A DNA stretch of 64,000 nucleotides from an uncultured Chloroflexia bacterium (GCA_963727585.1 CAVSHH010000003.1:1698493-1762492); one strand, 5' to 3'. Positions 1-9,054 are shown, counted from the first letter of the stretch. Translations and numbers: made by a program. The notes: generated by a model from the sequence alone, not told the origin.

Positions 1-1290
1 CGTGTCGAAGAGCTGGCTGGCGAACGTGGACAGGAAGGCCTTGCGGTTCTCCTCCGGGTCCCGGGCCGGCGGGTGTTCTGGAGCACCTTGAGCGTCGTCT
101 CGCCCGCCGCGATGGTCACGCCGTAGTCCGGGACGGTGATGGGGCCCGTGATCGCGAGGAGCTCGTCGATGGTGTGGGTGGTGATCCCGATGCACGCCGT
201 CGAGCTGCCCTGGACCGCCACTCGTTCTGGTAGAGCGTGACGGCCTGCTGCGCGCTGGTTGGGAAGTCCGGCGACCAGTTCGCGTCGGCCAGCTGCCAGG
301 GCTGCTTGGGGCCCAGGAGGTATCGGCTGAGCGCGTCCGGGGCCACCACGAACGGGTAGTCCCACGGGCAGGTCCAGGAGGAACACGTCCTGGAACTGCT
401 CTCCGTGATGCGGCCCTTGTCGAACGTGATGGTGCCGAAGCTGCCGATGAAGCCGCCGGTGGGCCGGAGCTCGGCCGGGTTCTGGGTCAGGACGAGGTAG
501 CGCCGCGGGCGGTCCCAGCCCAGGATCGCGGGCAGGACGCCGTCGGCCTCCGCGTAGCCGCGGATGATGGGGCCGTAGTCGGCGAGGCGGGTCTGCAGGG
601 CGTCGCGGACCTGGGCGATGGGTCCCGGCAGCCCGGCGGGCGTGGCGGCCAGGCGTGCGCGCGCGCGGTCCAGCGGCGGCGAGCATCCGGTCCACGTCGC
701 TCGCGCAGGTGGCCATCAGCTCCGTGAGCTGCGCCAGCGCGGACCCTTGCCGCCGGGCGGTGGCCTGGCGCTCCTGGATGGAGACGAAGCGGCTCCGCGA
801 GGACCATCGCGGCATCGGCGGCATCGAGCAGCTCGCCGCCCGCGGCGGTGATGCGCGTCGGCGCCCTGGACGTTCTCGCCGGTGGGCGGCAGGGCCCGGG
901 CGACGGCGACCAGCGGGTCCTTCGCCAGCAGCTCGTCGAGGTTGTGGAAGCGGTGCGGGCCGCGGCCAGGTCGGCGTCGACCTCGATCCGCGCGTGCGTC
1001 CTGTCCAGGCCCAGGCCGGCGTCGCGCGGCCCACCACCCGCTCGAGGTCCGTGCGCAGTGCCTTCGCGTCGTCCAGGGCCGGCAGGTAGCGGAAGGCCGC
1101 GAGCAGCGCCGCCGACGACGACGAGGACGACCAGCAGCGCGCCGAGGGCCAGGCGACCCGGCGCCACGTCCGGCGGCGGGAGCGGCGGCGCCTCCGGCGG
1201 CGCCGGAGGATCCGGGAGCGCGTGTGCCGGGTCCCGGGTGCGGGTTCGGGCTCCGCCGCGGGGCCGCCTCCGTCACGGGGCGGGCTCCGC
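1..1290 (-). pseudogene. DUF4012-like protein remnant. Protein-like segments are split over all three minus-strand frames, and the gene continues past the window start.
   Basis: Minus-strand ORFs 716..1276, 487..1167 and 116..349 sit in different frames. Each carries real-looking segments (LAAFRYLPALDDAKALRTDLERVV, RFHNLDELLAKDPLVAVARALPPTGENVQGADA, QNPAELRPTGGFIGSFGTITFDKGRI, DYPFVVAPDALSRYLLGPKQPWQLADANWSPDFPTSAQQAVTLYQNEW, GITTHTIDELLAITGPITVPDYGVTIAAGETTLKVLQN). Frame switches fall at short G/C runs. The QNxAExRPTGGFIGS motif is recalled from memory as a DUF4012 signature. Confidence 0.4.
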
Positions 1291-1351
1291 GATCACGAGG
1301 AACCGCGGCGCGGTGGCGTAGTACGAGGTGGAGGTCTGGATCGAGAGCCGC

Positions 1352-1971
1352 TCAGTCGGGCGTCGGATCCGGGTACTCGAGCGCGTTCCACGGGATCTTC
1401 GGCAACACCTCGGTGACGACGTAGCGGGCGCTGGTGCCGTCCACGAGGTCGAGCACCTCGTCGCCCACCCTCGCGTCCCACAGCGAGAGGAACATGCCGT
1501 TCTGCGCGTGGCCGTAGATGTAGATGTTGATGCCGCCGCCGGGCCATCCCGTGCCCGGGTAGTGGGCGGCCTTGCTCATCGGCGCGTCGACGCCGTCGCC
1601 CTCGACGATCCGGAGGTTGATGCCCAGGCGCTCGATCCGGATCCGCTTGGCGCGAACGGGAAGGTTCGGTGTCGAGCCGGGCCCGACCGTCGCGGTCGCG
1701 GCCGGTTCCGGGGACGACACGGGGGTGGCGATACCGCCGGTCGCGGCCGTGCCTGGCGCGCCCGGGGAACGAGTGGATGCCGCGGGCTCGGTCGCGAGGA
1801 CGGCCGAGGGGGGGACGAGGATGTGGCCCGCAGGCCGCCACCGAGGATGAAGGCGAGCGAGACCGATGCCGCCACGATGAGGACGATGCCGGCCGCGATC
1901 AGTACCATGCGGCCGCGACCGGCCACCCAGCGCGGACGCTCGACACCGGAGCGGCGATCGGGTTCGGTCAC
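1352..1971 (-). pseudogene. Sortase-like gene (class E/F-type catalytic fold). Frameshifted at a G7 run and ends before the TLxTC active site.
   Basis: The N-terminal TM anchor MVLIAAGIVLIVAASVSLAFILGG lies in the frame of ORF 1576..1971. The sortase-like core (AAHYPGTGWPGGGINIYIYGHAQNGMFLSLWDARVGDEVLDLVDGTSARYVVTEVLP) lies in the frame of ORF 1352..1720. The two frames join only if the ggggggg run at 1807-1813 gains one base. The stop at 1349-1351 comes before any TLxTC or catalytic Cys. Confidence 0.45.
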
Positions 1972-2606
1972 GGGATCAGGCTAGCGGAAGACCCACTCGT
2001 GACCGGCACGTGGAGGCGCTCGCCCGAGCGGCTCGTCAGCGCTTGGCCAAGGCTCCGCGCAGGACCAGCCCGCAACCCATCATGACGGCCAGCAGCGCAA
2101 GCAACGCGCCGGCCACTGGGGCCGTCGAAAGCGGTGCACCAGCCAGCGTCGTGGACGTCCGCGGCAGACTGGCGGCGGTCACGTTGAGGGTGATCTGGCC
2201 GCGGACCCCATCCGCCGTCCCGCGGAGCACCCGGCTGCCCGGAACGCACGCGAGGTTGATCGTCGTGCGGGCGACGCCGTTGACGCCCGTCGTGGTCTTG
2301 GCCTTCTTGATCACGTCGGACTTGGTCACCCGTGAGACCCAGGACCAGGCGACGGGCTGGCCCTCGATCCGGCTGCCCCTCGTCCTGGACGGTCGCCGAG
2401 ATCGTGATGTTCTGGCCGCACTTGAGGGTCCCGGACGCCCGGGTGACGGTGATGCTCGCCGCCACCTCGCCCGCATAACCAAGGGCTGTGCCCGCGGCGA
2501 CGACCGCGAGCGTGACCGCCGCAAGCAAGCTTAGCCACCGGCGCCGACTGGTCATTCTTGCCATCACCCCACCTTCGGACGAACCACAGCATCGGCTCAC
2601 GAACAC
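1968..2606 (-). pseudogene. Small secreted protein with a sorting-signal-like C-terminus, frameshifted by a 16-nt imperfect duplication.
   Basis: ORF 1968..2606 frame holds the N-terminal signal peptide MARMTSRRRWLSLLAAVTLAVVAAGTALG. ORF 2036..2524 frame holds the C-terminal half, ending ...ASLPRTSTTLAGAPLSTAPVAGALLALLAVMMGCGLVLRGALAKR (LPxT-like motif, hydrophobic stretch, basic tail). Both frames read EGQP at the junction because of a duplicated gagggSCagcc unit at plus 2354-2381. It overlaps the sortase start by 4 nt (ATGA). Confidence 0.4.
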
Positions 2607-2781
2607 GTCGACACGGACACGTCGGGGGGCCGAGGCTTCCCGCCATCATACGCTCGGGCGACAACGGCCATTCGGCCCGGGCGCCCTGATGACGGCCCTT
2701 GCGCCCCTATTCGAGCTCCGTTGCCAGATCTGCCGCCGACGCCGAAGCATCGCAACCCGGCCGGATCGACGCCGGGAGCCG

Positions 2782-3456
2782 TCAGGGGCGGGTGCGGATG
2801 AACGCGGTGAGCGGGTCGCCGAGAGCGTGGAGCCGCGTGATCCGGATGTCCTGGCGCGGGTTGAGCGCGCTGATCGCCTTGCGGTGGCCGATGTAGATCC
2901 CTGCATGGCGGCCGTTCCCCCAGATCACCACGTCGCCCACCCGGGGATGATGCTTGCGGATCCTGTGGTGGCGCTTCGCCCAGGTGTACATGGCGCGAGC
3001 GGAGTGGCCGCCGCCCAGCCGCTTGCTGATGCTGGCCTTGCGGTAGGCATACCGGACCAGGCCCGAGCAGTCGAACTTGTTGGGGCCGATCCCGCCGGGG
3101 ACGTAGCGGTCATGACGCTGGCGGATGGCGACCCGGGCGGCTTTGAGATAGCGAAGCCGGATGCGCTCGGCGCGGGTGAGCGTCGTCGCGGTTGCGGTGG
3201 CGGTCGTGTCGGGGTCGGTCGTCGGCGGCGGGTCGGTCGGATCGGCGGGCGGCGGGTCGGTCGGATCCGGCGTGGCGGAGGGAGCGGGCGTGGCGGAGGG
3301 AGCGGGCGTGGCCGTCGCCGTGGGGCTCGGCGCGGGAGTGGGGTCCGTCGCGGCGACGGGGGCGGGCTGGGCGGTCAGGCCGGCGACGGCAATGAGCGTG
3401 GCCAGGGCGAAGCCCGGCAGGCTTGAGGTGAGACGCACGTGGTTCCTCTCTGCCAT
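2782..3456 (-). CDS. NlpC/P60 family cell-wall peptidase with signal peptide and Pro/Thr-rich linker.
   Basis: MAERNHVRLTSSLPGFALATLIAVAGLTA signal peptide, then a PT-rich repeat, then the catalytic domain with FDCSGLVRYAY (Cys), H and YIGH motifs. The start was moved from the track start (3855) to the ATG at 3456. Confidence 0.8.
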   Translation of the reverse strand: MAERNHVRLTSSLPGFALATLIAVAGLTAQPAPVAATDPTPAPSPTATATPAPSATPAPSATPDPTDPPPADPTDPPPTTDPDTTATATATTLTRAERIRLRYLKAARVAIRQRHDRYVPGGIGPNKFDCSGLVRYAYRKASISKRLGGGHSARAMYTWAKRHHRIRKHHPRVGDVVIWGNGRHAGIYIGHRKAISALNPRQDIRITRLHALGDPLTAFIRTRP

Positions 3457-3700
3457 CGCCCGGCAGGCAGGCGTGGGCGATGGCAAGCGCCACCCGGCGT
3501 GGACGGATGGAGACGCGCCCTTTTCTCCCCGGGGCGCGCAGAAGGGGTCGACCGAACGGGAACCGGATCGACCACACGGCAGGCAGTCCTGCCGGGTCGG
3601 CGCGTATGCAGCTGTTCCCCTGTCGATGGGCCGAAGGTGGCGGCGGAACCCTAGCAGCGTTCGCCGGATCGTGCCAGAGCCGGTCCGGCATGGCACCCGG
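3457..3700 (-). promoter_or_regulatory. Candidate structured 5' leader of the NlpC/P60 gene, possibly a ydaO-type cyclic-di-AMP riboswitch.
   Basis: The minus-strand leader contains GGGGAAC and CCCGGGGAGAAAAGGGCGCG elements. ydaO riboswitches commonly precede NlpC/P60 and rpf genes in Actinobacteria. The motif match was judged by eye only. Confidence 0.2.
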
Positions 3701-3786
3701 GCAGATCGGAAACAGGTACCAATGTAGTGCACATTTGGGCCATCCGGCCGTCCGCCTCGCGGCCCGACCCGGGTAGGGTCACGGCA

Positions 3787-4572
3787 ATGACGGCCGTCTC
3801 GCGTCCCACCGCCCGTCCGGCAGCAGGGCATCGCCCGTGGGTCCCCCGCCAGCACGGCGCGTGGGCGATGCTCCTGCTCCCCGTCCTGCTGGGCGTGGCG
3901 GCCAGCCGGCCCGATCCATGGCAGCTGGCCGTCGCCGGCACGGCGCTCGCCGCCTATCTCGCCTCGGCCTCCGCCCAGGTCTGGGCGCGCAGCCGCCGCC
4001 CCCGCGAGTACCGGCTGCCGATCGCGGTCTACGCCTCGACCGCCGTCGTCCTCGGCCTGCTCCTGCTGGCGGCCTTCCCGACGCTCGCGCTCGCCGGCGT
4101 CGTCGTCGTTCCCGCGGCGGCGGTCGTATTCCGCGGTGCGCGACCCGGGACCCGCCGCGACCTCGCCAACAGCCTGGCCCAGGTCGCCCAGTCACTGGTC
4201 CTCGTCCCCGCGACCGCCTGGGTGTCGGGCCTCTGGGACCCGTCGCGCGTGCTCGCCTACACGCTGGTCGCGGCGGGATACCAGCTGGGCGTGGTGCTCG
4301 TCGTCCGCTCCGTTCTCCGCGAGCGCGGCAACGCGTCGTTCCTGGCCCTCTCGCTAGGCTTCCACGCGCTGCTGGTGGTCATCGCGGCGGTCGCCCTGCC
4401 GGCCGCCTATGCCCTGGTCGCCGTGGGCCTCGCCGTCCGGGCGGTCGCCCTGCCGCTGGTCCAGCGGCGACTCGCCGGCGGTCCGACGCCGCTGCGCCCG
4501 ATCCACGTCGGCCTGACCGAGATCGTCGCCTCGCTGGCCGTGGTGCTGGTCAGCCTCGCCGTCCCGATCTGA
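3787..4572 (+). CDS. YwiC-like family integral membrane protein.
   Basis: Multi-TM protein (WAMLLLPVLLGV..., LVLVPATAWVSGLW...). The start was placed at the ATG at 3787 (MTAVSRP). It is divergent from the NlpC/P60 gene. Confidence 0.6.
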   Translation: MTAVSRPTARPAAGHRPWVPRQHGAWAMLLLPVLLGVAASRPDPWQLAVAGTALAAYLASASAQVWARSRRPREYRLPIAVYASTAVVLGLLLLAAFPTLALAGVVVVPAAAVVFRGARPGTRRDLANSLAQVAQSLVLVPATAWVSGLWDPSRVLAYTLVAAGYQLGVVLVVRSVLRERGNASFLALSLGFHALLVVIAAVALPAAYALVAVGLAVRAVALPLVQRRLAGGPTPLRPIHVGLTEIVASLAVVLVSLAVPI

Positions 4573-4585
4573 GACAGAACCCGGC

Positions 4586-5533
4586 TCAGCGTGCCTGGAC
4601 CGCGGCCAGCAGGGGACGCAGCCGCTCGAGCGTCTCGAGCCGGAGGGCGGGCAGCCTGCTGGGATCGTCGGGCGCCGCGACGTACAGCGTCAGGTGGGTC
4701 AAGCCGGCATCAGCGAACCCGTGGATGGTGGCGGCCACCGTGTCCGGTGTGCCGGCCAGGGCCCCGTCACGGTCCACGGCGGTTCCGTCCGTGTCGAGCA
4801 CGACGCGGGACCAGCCGGTCATCGCCAGCGAAGCCGGGTCGCGACCCACCGCCTCGCAGGCGCGTCCGACCTTCCCGGCCAGGGTCGCCATGTCCGGGGG
4901 GCCGGCCAGGGGGACGTTGACGTCGACCGCGTCACCCCACCGGGCGGCGATCTGCAGCGTCCGCTCCCCGGCACCCGACACCCATACCGGGGGTGCGGGC
5001 CGGATCGTCGAGCGCGGCAGGAGCCGGGCGTCCTCGGTCCGGACGCGCTCGCCCCGGTAGGTGAGTGACGGCTCGCGGAGCAGGCGTGCCACCACCTCCA
5101 CCGCCTCGGCATAGCGGGCGACCGGCCGGGCGGCGTCGAACCCGAACGCATGCCAGCTGGCATCGCGCTCCGGGACACCGCTGCCCAGGCCGAGGATCAG
5201 CCGCCCGGCGCTCACCTCGTCGAGCGTGGCGGCCATCTTGGCCAGGAGCGCCGGGTTGCGGAAGCCGGTGCAGGCGACGTACGGCCCGATCTGGACCCGG
5301 CTGGTCGCCTCGGCGACCGCGGTGACCATGGTCCAGCTCTCCCAGAACCCGATCCGCTCGCCCGACGCGAGCTCACGCTGGAGATGGTCCGCAACCCACA
5401 GCGTGTCCACGCCCATCGCCTCCGCCTCCAGGGCGAGGGCACGGATCTCGGGCCAGGTGGCATAGCTCCGGTCGGCGCGCGGCCAGGTGGGCAGGCTGAG
5501 GCCGATCCGGATGGGGGCGATCGCGTCGGTCAT
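4586..5533 (-). CDS. LLM-class F420-dependent (luciferase-like) oxidoreductase.
   Basis: MTDAIAPIRIGLSLP...WVADHL...GRLILGLGSG, the typical bacterial luciferase-like TIM-barrel signature. Confidence 0.75.
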   Translation of the reverse strand: MTDAIAPIRIGLSLPTWPRADRSYATWPEIRALALEAEAMGVDTLWVADHLQRELASGERIGFWESWTMVTAVAEATSRVQIGPYVACTGFRNPALLAKMAATLDEVSAGRLILGLGSGVPERDASWHAFGFDAARPVARYAEAVEVVARLLREPSLTYRGERVRTEDARLLPRSTIRPAPPVWVSGAGERTLQIAARWGDAVDVNVPLAGPPDMATLAGKVGRACEAVGRDPASLAMTGWSRVVLDTDGTAVDRDGALAGTPDTVAATIHGFADAGLTHLTLYVAAPDDPSRLPALRLETLERLRPLLAAVQAR

Positions 5534-5590
5534 GTCCCCATGATCGCGCCCCGGCGCCCGGCCCGCTTCGTGCCGCGCGCGTCGGCAGGG

Positions 5591-6406
5591 TCAGCTCGGG
5601 GCGGCCAGGTCTCGCCGCGGGAACCGCCACAGCCCGTAGCCGGTCGCCACCACCGTGATCGCCGCCAGCACCAGCAGGTCGCCCCGGGCGCCGTGCCCCG
5701 AGAGGATGCGCAGCGGGTCGAGGTAGTGGAACGGCGTGTACGGCTGCAGCCAGGCCGCATCGGGCCAGATCGTGCCCAGCACCTCGAGCAGGTAGCCGAG
5801 CAGCAACCCGGCGATCGCGATGCCGACCGGCGCGCCCACCCGGTCGAACGACGCGGAGGCCGCCAGCGCCACGGCCCCGATCGCGACCAGGAACAGCCAC
5901 GTGTTGATCGCCAGGAACGCGAGGTCTCCGGCATCGAGCTCGCCACCGACGCCGTACCGGGCCGCCCCGGCAAGCGTGCCGGCGATGGCGCCGGCCACCG
6001 CGAGCGCGGCGAACAGGGCCAGCGTGACGAGGTGGGTGAGGTACAGCGTGCGACGGGAGAGCGGCCGGGAGAGCAGGATCTCGAGCGTCCCACGCTGTCG
6101 CTCGCCCGCGATCATGAGCGCCCCCAGGCCCGCGGGCAGCACCACGAACAGCGCGATCCCAAACGGGTGGACCCAGCCCAGCGCGACCGCGCCGGTCAGG
6201 CTGAAGGGGTCGGCACCCAGGAGACGCAGGAAGGGTGCGGGGATGATGCCCGTGTCGAGGACGGCCGCGAGCTGCCTGCCGAAGGTGGCGTAGATCACCG
6301 GCATCAGGAATGCCCAGGCCACCAGCCCGACGCATACCAGCAGCACCCGCCCCCGCTGGGTGCGCCATGTCCGCCGGAACAGGGGCGGGCTGAACGGCAC
6401 CGTCAT
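5591..6406 (-). CDS. ABC-2 type transporter permease.
   Basis: Six-TM hydrophobic protein. ATGA start/stop overlap with the upstream ATPase. Start at MTVPFSPP (6406). Confidence 0.7.
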   Translation of the reverse strand: MTVPFSPPLFRRTWRTQRGRVLLVCVGLVAWAFLMPVIYATFGRQLAAVLDTGIIPAPFLRLLGADPFSLTGAVALGWVHPFGIALFVVLPAGLGALMIAGERQRGTLEILLSRPLSRRTLYLTHLVTLALFAALAVAGAIAGTLAGAARYGVGGELDAGDLAFLAINTWLFLVAIGAVALAASASFDRVGAPVGIAIAGLLLGYLLEVLGTIWPDAAWLQPYTPFHYLDPLRILSGHGARGDLLVLAAITVVATGYGLWRFPRRDLAAPS

Positions 6407-7338
6407 CGGCCGGCCACAGCATCGGGCGGCGCGCCCGGTCCGCGCGCCTCGTCCGCCTCCTCGCCCGCGTACAGCTCGAGGAAGGCGTCCTCCAGCCGGG
6501 CGGGCTCGATGGTCAGGTCGATCGCGTTCGAACCGACGGCCCCGAGGAACGGGCGCGGGTCGCCGGTGAGCGCGCAGGTCAGCACGTCGCCGACCACGGT
6601 GACCTCGCTCGTCCCGTCCACGCCGGCGAGGTCCGGCGGGGATCCCTCGAACCGCAGCTCGACGCGGCGCCGGCGCTGGGCCCGGAGGGTGGCCACGTCG
6701 CCGCTGAGGACGAGCCGCCCCGCCCGCACGATCGCCACCCGGTCGCACACCCGCTCGACCTCGGACAGCACGTGCGAGGAGAAGAACACGGTCCGGCCGG
6801 CGGAGCGCACGTCGTCGAGCACGCCGTAGAACGCGCGCTGCATGAGCGGGTCGAGACCCTCGGACGGTTCATCGAGGATCGCGAGCTCCGGGTCGTGCTG
6901 GAGCGCCTGCACGATGCCCAGCTTCTGGCGCATCCCGCGCGAGTACTCGCCGATCCGGCGGCGCAGGATCCGATCGGACAGCTCGAGCGCATCGCAGATC
7001 GCCGCCCGCCGGACGGCCGGCCGGCCGGACAGCGCCGCGAGGTCATCGAGGTGGCGGATCCCGGTGAGGCTGTCGTCCAGCGCGATCCCGCCCGGCAGGT
7101 AGCCGGACCGGCCCCGGATCCGCACCGAGTCCCGGACGATGTCCAGACCCAGCACGGTCCCCCGCCCCGCCGTCGGGTGCAGGAACCCGAGCAGCAGCCG
7201 GATCAGGGTGGACTTGCCGGCGCCGTTGGGACCCAGGAACCCGAAGATCTCGCCCTCGCGGACCTCGAGGCTCACGCCGTCGAGGGCACGCACCCGGCCG
7301 TAGTGCTTGGCCAGGCCGTCGACCTCGATCGCGTTCAT
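6403..7338 (-). CDS. ABC transporter ATP-binding protein.
   Basis: Walker A GPNGAGKST, signature YSRGMRQKL, Walker B LAILDEPSEGLD. Confidence 0.9.
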   Translation of the reverse strand: MNAIEVDGLAKHYGRVRALDGVSLEVREGEIFGFLGPNGAGKSTLIRLLLGFLHPTAGRGTVLGLDIVRDSVRIRGRSGYLPGGIALDDSLTGIRHLDDLAALSGRPAVRRAAICDALELSDRILRRRIGEYSRGMRQKLGIVQALQHDPELAILDEPSEGLDPLMQRAFYGVLDDVRSAGRTVFFSSHVLSEVERVCDRVAIVRAGRLVLSGDVATLRAQRRRRVELRFEGSPPDLAGVDGTSEVTVVGDVLTCALTGDPRPFLGAVGSNAIDLTIEPARLEDAFLELYAGEEADEARGPGAPPDAVAGR

Positions 7339-7389
7339 CGCGGCAAGGCTACGCCGCCGGCCCCACGCCCGCCCGCCGAAGCGGCCCGG

Positions 7390-7899
7390 CTAGAACACGA
7401 GGGCGAGCAGCCGTCCCAGCAGGACCAGGGCGCCCCACGCGACCCCGGCGGCCACGAGCAGGATGCCCAGCACGAACGCCGTCGACCCCGAGGTGCTCGC
7501 CCCGGGATCCACGGCATGCCGGTGGAACAGGTCCAGGTTGCGCGTGTTGGACTTGAACCCGAAGTCCACGATGTCGCCCACGAACGGGACGAGCCCGACC
7601 GCGAAGTCGACCGCGACGTAGATCACCATCCGCGTCAGCACCACCTTGGGCAGCCGGAAGCGGGCGGCCTCGAGCACGATCCAGCTGCCGATGAGGGCGC
7701 CCACCAGGTCACCCAGGAACGGCACCAGCCCGATGATCGGGTCGAGCCCGATCCGACTGCGGGTGCCCGGGACGGCCACCAGGTCGTCGAGCATGCGGGT
7801 GACCCAGCCGATCCGCCGCTCGGCAGCGAGCACCCGCTCGGTGCGCTCGCCTTGTTGCGGCTGCCGGCGGTGCCGGGTGCGCGACTGCGATGCATGCAT
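7390..7899 (-). CDS. DUF4112 domain membrane protein.
   Basis: GLDPIIGLVPFLGDLVGALIGSWIV...FAVGLVPFVGDIVDFGFKSNTRN, the characteristic duplicated motif. The start may be an internal Met near 7794. Confidence 0.6.
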   Translation of the reverse strand: MHASQSRTRHRRQPQQGERTERVLAAERRIGWVTRMLDDLVAVPGTRSRIGLDPIIGLVPFLGDLVGALIGSWIVLEAARFRLPKVVLTRMVIYVAVDFAVGLVPFVGDIVDFGFKSNTRNLDLFHRHAVDPGASTSGSTAFVLGILLVAAGVAWGALVLLGRLLALVF

Positions 7900-8021
7900 G
7901 AGCGGAATGATGCCCGGGCATCGAGGCGGTCCGGGTTCCGGGCGCCGGGCCGCACGTGTCGGCGACGTGCCATCGAGCCTCGAGCCATCGTCACGGCGCC
8001 TCAGCAGGTAGGATCGAGAAC

Positions 8022-8651
8022 GTGCTCTATCGCGCCGATCCCTGGCTCCACGTGATCGCCGGATGCATGTCGTCGGGCAAAACCGACGAGCTGCTGCGCC
8101 TGCTCCGGCGGGCCGAGATCGCCAAGCGCCGGATCCTGCTCGTCCGGCCCGACGTGGACGACCGGACGCCGAGCGACTATGCCGAGAGCCGGAGCAAGGC
8201 CCGCTTTCCGTCGGTGCTCGTTCCCAAGACGGAGCCGGTCGAGATCCTGTCGCTGGCGCGCGAGCGCGACGTCGACATGGTGGGCATCGAGGAGGCCCAG
8301 TTCTTCGACGGCTCGCTGCCCGGCACCGTCGACACCCTCCGTGCCTCCGGGCGCCATGTGATCGCGAGCGGCCTCAACACCGACTTCGCGGGCCGCCCGT
8401 TCGGCTCGATGCCCGCCCTGCTCGCCATGGCCGACGAGGTCACCATGCTGACCGCGATCTGCGTCGTGTGCGGCGAGACCGCGACCCGTACCCAGCGCCT
8501 GGTCGGCGGCCGGCCGGCAGCGATCGACGACCCGCTGATCGTGATCGGCGGCTTCGACGGCCGCGCGGTCGAGACCTACGAGGCGCGCTGTCTGCGCCAC
8601 CACGAGATCGCCTCCGCCAGCTCCGCGCGCGGCGTGGTCGCGGACAACTAG
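8022..8651 (+). CDS. tdk: Thymidine kinase.
   Basis: LHVIAGCMSSGKTDELLRLL P-loop, IEEAQFFD motif and a C-terminal CxxC...C zinc ribbon (CVVCGETATRTQR). GTG start at 8022. Confidence 0.85.
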   Translation: MLYRADPWLHVIAGCMSSGKTDELLRLLRRAEIAKRRILLVRPDVDDRTPSDYAESRSKARFPSVLVPKTEPVEILSLARERDVDMVGIEEAQFFDGSLPGTVDTLRASGRHVIASGLNTDFAGRPFGSMPALLAMADEVTMLTAICVVCGETATRTQRLVGGRPAAIDDPLIVIGGFDGRAVETYEARCLRHHEIASASSARGVVADN

Positions 8652-8710
8652 ACCCGGTCCTCGCGGAGACCACGACCCCGGCCCCTGGTGCCGGTCCTCC
8701 GGCACGGCAC

Positions 8711-8785
8711 CTGTCCACAGGTTGTCCACGTGCGCCGGGAATGGTGGACAACTCGGCCGCGACCACCTCCGAACTCGTGGACAAC
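8711..8785. promoter_or_regulatory. Cluster of four DnaA-box-like 9-mers (TTGTCCACA family), two forward and two reverse.
   Basis: cTGTCCACA at 8711-8719, TTGTCCACg at 8722-8730, GTGGACAAC (reverse) at 8744-8752 and 8777-8785. This matches the high-GC actinobacterial DnaA box consensus TTGTCCACA. Confidence 0.45.
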
Positions 8786-8995
8786 CCCGTTGGCACCGGC
8801 TGCGCCAGCCGATATCGTTCGGTTTGCCCGAAGGGGCCGGTGGCACCGACGCCGGACCGGTCAGCAATGACCGGACCGGGTCCCCGGACCGCCGTCACGG
8901 AGGCCGCGAGGTCGACGGGGCGGAGGTGACCGGAGCCGCTGCGGCAAGGCCGAGCTTGCTCGGCAGGGTCGCGGGCGTGGCGGTGCGGTACGGTT

Positions 8996-9033
8996 CCTTC
9001 GGGCGCTTTCGTGTCCTTCGGGCGCTTTCGTGT
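8996..9033. repeat. Perfect 19-bp tandem duplication (ccttcgggcgctttcgtgt, two copies) 22 nt upstream of the NUDIX start.
   Basis: Read directly: copies at 8996-9014 and 9015-9033. Confidence 0.9.
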
Positions 9034-9054
9034 GCGCCGCGACATCGGATCGAC

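Noticed and set aside
487-1276. ORFs 487-1167 (226 aa) and 716-1276 (186 aa) as separate real genes.
   Set aside because: They overlap in different frames and each contains only patches of protein-like sequence. They are better explained as frame fragments of one disrupted DUF4012-like gene.
8680-8830. A bona fide chromosomal origin (oriC).
   Set aside because: Only four DnaA boxes are present. There is no flanking dnaA or dnaN, and no obvious AT-rich unwinding element beyond a slight GC dip. Kept as a DnaA-box cluster finding rather than called as the origin.
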